From Heteronotia binoei (lineage: Eukaryota): a DNA stretch of 64,000 nucleotides. A model generated the notes under the pieces. The model was not told the DNA's origin and made no database searches. It was given only the letters and a program-made list of their open reading frames with translations. Shown one piece after another: positions 61,641-64,000 of the stretch. Location: positions 40,982,001 to 41,046,000 of the forward strand of contig NC_083227.1 of NCBI RefSeq assembly GCF_032191835.1, in the 5' to 3' direction. Positions within the stretch are counted from its first letter, which is position 1. Every line of letters begins with the position of its first letter. Position numbers and translations under genes: made by a program.

Positions 61641-61904
61641 TAGCCATACTACAGGGCAGACATTAAAAAGAACATGGATCTCCTTCTGAAAACATACCAC
61701 ACTTCCATGGGGCTAAGCATGTTAGTCTACCACAGACTAACACTTTAATGTGGTATAACTTTGAGAAGCCAGAGGTAATTTCATGACTAAATTGTAATCT
61801 TCAGTTGGCAGACAGATTTATACCCAAAACTTCAAATACAAGTATGTGTCTGTGAAGGGGGTTATTACAAAGAGAAGGCCCTGTTTCCAAGGATAAGGTA
61901 TGTG

Positions 61905-62431
61905 TAGGGTTGCCAATCCCCAGGTGGGGGCAGGGGATCCCCCGGTTTGGAGGCCCTCCCCCCGCTTCAGGGTCATCAGAAAGCGGGGGGAGGGGAGGGA
62001 AATGTCTGCTGGGAACTCTGTTATTCCCTATGGAGATTTATTCCCATAGGAAATCATGGAGAATTGATCCATAGGTATCTGGGGCTCTGGGGGGGCTGTT
62101 GTTTGGGGTAGAGGCACCAAATTTTCAGTATAGCATCTAGTGCCTCTCCCCAAAATACCCTCCAAGTTTCAAAACGATTGGACCAGGGGGTCCAGTTCTA
62201 TGAGCCCCAAAAGAAGGTGCCCCTATCCTTCATTATCCTATGGAAGGAAGAAATTGAAAAGGTGTGCCATCCCTTTAAATGTGATGGCCAGAACTCCCTT
62301 TGGAGTTCAATTATGCTTGTCACAGCCTTGCTCCTGGCTCCGCCCCAGTGTCTCCTGGCTCCACCACCAAAGTCTCCTGGCCCCACCCCCAAAGTCCCCA
62401 GATATTTCTTGAATTGGACTTGGCAACACTA
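61905..62431 (+). mobile_element. hAT MITE (TAGGGTTGCC family)
   Basis: TIRs tagggttgcca / tggcaacacta; perfect 8-bp TSD ggtatgtg (61897-61904 / 62432-62439). Confidence 0.92.
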
Positions 62432-62639
62432 GGTATGTGACATTATATTTCAGAGCACAGATTCAGTAACCAAGGCACTCATAATGTGTTTGGACCACCC
62501 TGACTGTGGATGACTTGGCAAAGTATGATAAATTTGAATGGGGGACATAAAACACTTAACAGGAACACATTTTTTTGTAGCAGGCTAATCACCCCAAGTC
62601 CCTGATTAGTCCAAGTCTCATACTATCATATCTCCATAC

Positions 62640-62808
62640 AGGAGTGAAATTCTAGCAGGAGCTCCTTTGCATATTAGACCACACACCCCTGATGTAGCCA
62701 ATTCTCCAAGATCTTACAAAAAAAGAGCCTTGTAAGTTCTTGGAAGATTGGCTACAACAGGGGTGTGTGGCCAAATATGCAAAGGAGCTCCTGCTAGAAT
62801 TCCACCCA
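62640..62808. mobile_element. Palindromic MITE
   Basis: gaaattctagcaggagctcctttgcata ... tatgcaaaggagctcctgctagaattc inverted repeat. Confidence 0.8.
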
Positions 62809-64000
62809 TGTCTACGTATGAATTCTATCATTGTTATGACATCAAGATATAGTGAGGGTCAACAAGAGGAGTGAGTGGGACCTCAACAATAGGCTGCTAT
62901 TTGGAATAATAGCCCATGTTTTTTTCAAGATATTGGTTGACCATTGCCTCCTATAAGACAATTTATGGTTTTCTTCAGTTCTGGCTGAAGAATCTGGGTC
63001 AATTTATGAGACAGAGCTTAATATGCAAATAATTTTGTATGGAAATTGACAGTCCTTTAAGCATCCTGGACACCAACCACTTAGGGGGTTAAAGGTCAAA
63101 AGCAGCACTTTAAATTGGTCCCAGAAATAATCCAGCAGCCAATGACATTAACATTAGTCTAAGACTGGCAAATGTGTCATTTGACTTGCCCATATTTTGC
63201 ATCACCCACAATTTCTAGATTCTCTTCAAAGGCAGCCCCACATAAACCACATTATTATCCATCCATCACAACCATATCCCATTCTTCATCAGAGGAGTTC
63301 ACAGCACAGTTCTTCCATCCTCCATTTGATCCTTACAACAGAAGATTAAATTAGGTTAAACTGAGGGAATGACTGTTCAAGGATACCCATAGATTATTGG
63401 GTGTGGCTCAGTGGTAGAGCATCTGCTTTTCACACAGAAGGTCCCAGGTTCAATCCTTCCTATGTCTACTTAAAAGATCAGGTAGCTAATGATGTAACAA
63501 ACCTCCCCCTGAAGTTCTGGGGAGCTCCCACCAGTCAAAATAGACAACAGACTATGGGTTGAGTCAGTGGCCCTGTGCAGGGAAGAAGAATGAACATGAA
63601 CACACTAGCTCTGTCCCCCACCTCCAAGTGGTAATGAACACACTAGCCCTGTCCCCCACCTCAGTTGGTTCCACAGTGCAAATGCATGGAGGAATGCAAA
63701 CATGTTTGGAAAGCAGCTTCACTGATAATTGGGGGGGGGGGGGATGCACACCAAGTTGCAGATGATTTATGGCCACCCTGTAGAGTTTTCATGGCAAGAG
63801 ACAAAGGTGGCCTGCTATTGCCTGCCTCTGTGTGGAAACCTGGGGCTTCCTTGATGGTGTCCCATCCAAGTATTAAACAGGGTTGAGATCTCACAAGATC
63901 CAACTAGTCTGGGCTATCCAGGTCAAGGCACAGACTTTACTATATTACTTGTTGCTGTGGGTTTTTTTATCTTGGTCTCACTATGTTTTGACTTATGTCA

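Noticed and set aside
1-64000. CRISPR arrays, operons or other prokaryotic systems
   Set aside because: The sequence is eukaryotic (spliceosomal introns, SINEs, LINEs); no repeat-spacer array was seen.

Overview
Vertebrate (squamate, most likely gecko, judged from its SINE and hAT-MITE families) genomic DNA, rich in transposons. The main feature is a complete 7-exon, + strand L-amino-acid oxidase (LAAO; flavin amine oxidase family that includes snake-venom LAAO and IL4I1). I assembled it by hand: join(21528..21540,35826..36040,37902..38014,39513..39714,42757..42825,46529..46662,49180..49981) = 1548 nt, 515 aa plus stop, open throughout, with all introns GT..AG. The TATA promoter, the 13-nt first coding exon and the start of intron 1 recur 37,861 bp downstream (ATG at 59389), so the window appears to cover about one unit of a tandem LAAO gene array. 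The predicted enzyme keeps the FAD and catalytic residues but has an unusually remodelled substrate pocket. The left intergenic region holds an intronless 204-aa ORF with a histone H2B-like basic tail and helix-1 motif behind a CCAAT/octamer-like/TATA promoter. It also holds a TE-disrupted coding-like relic (about 12.9-16.0 kb) and a Penelope element with a minimal hammerhead ribozyme motif. The rest is mostly SINEs, CR1/L1 fragments, solo LTRs and hAT MITEs. Limits: homology calls come from my reading of motifs, not database searches; many TE boundaries are approximate; a 163-N gap lies in LAAO intron 5.
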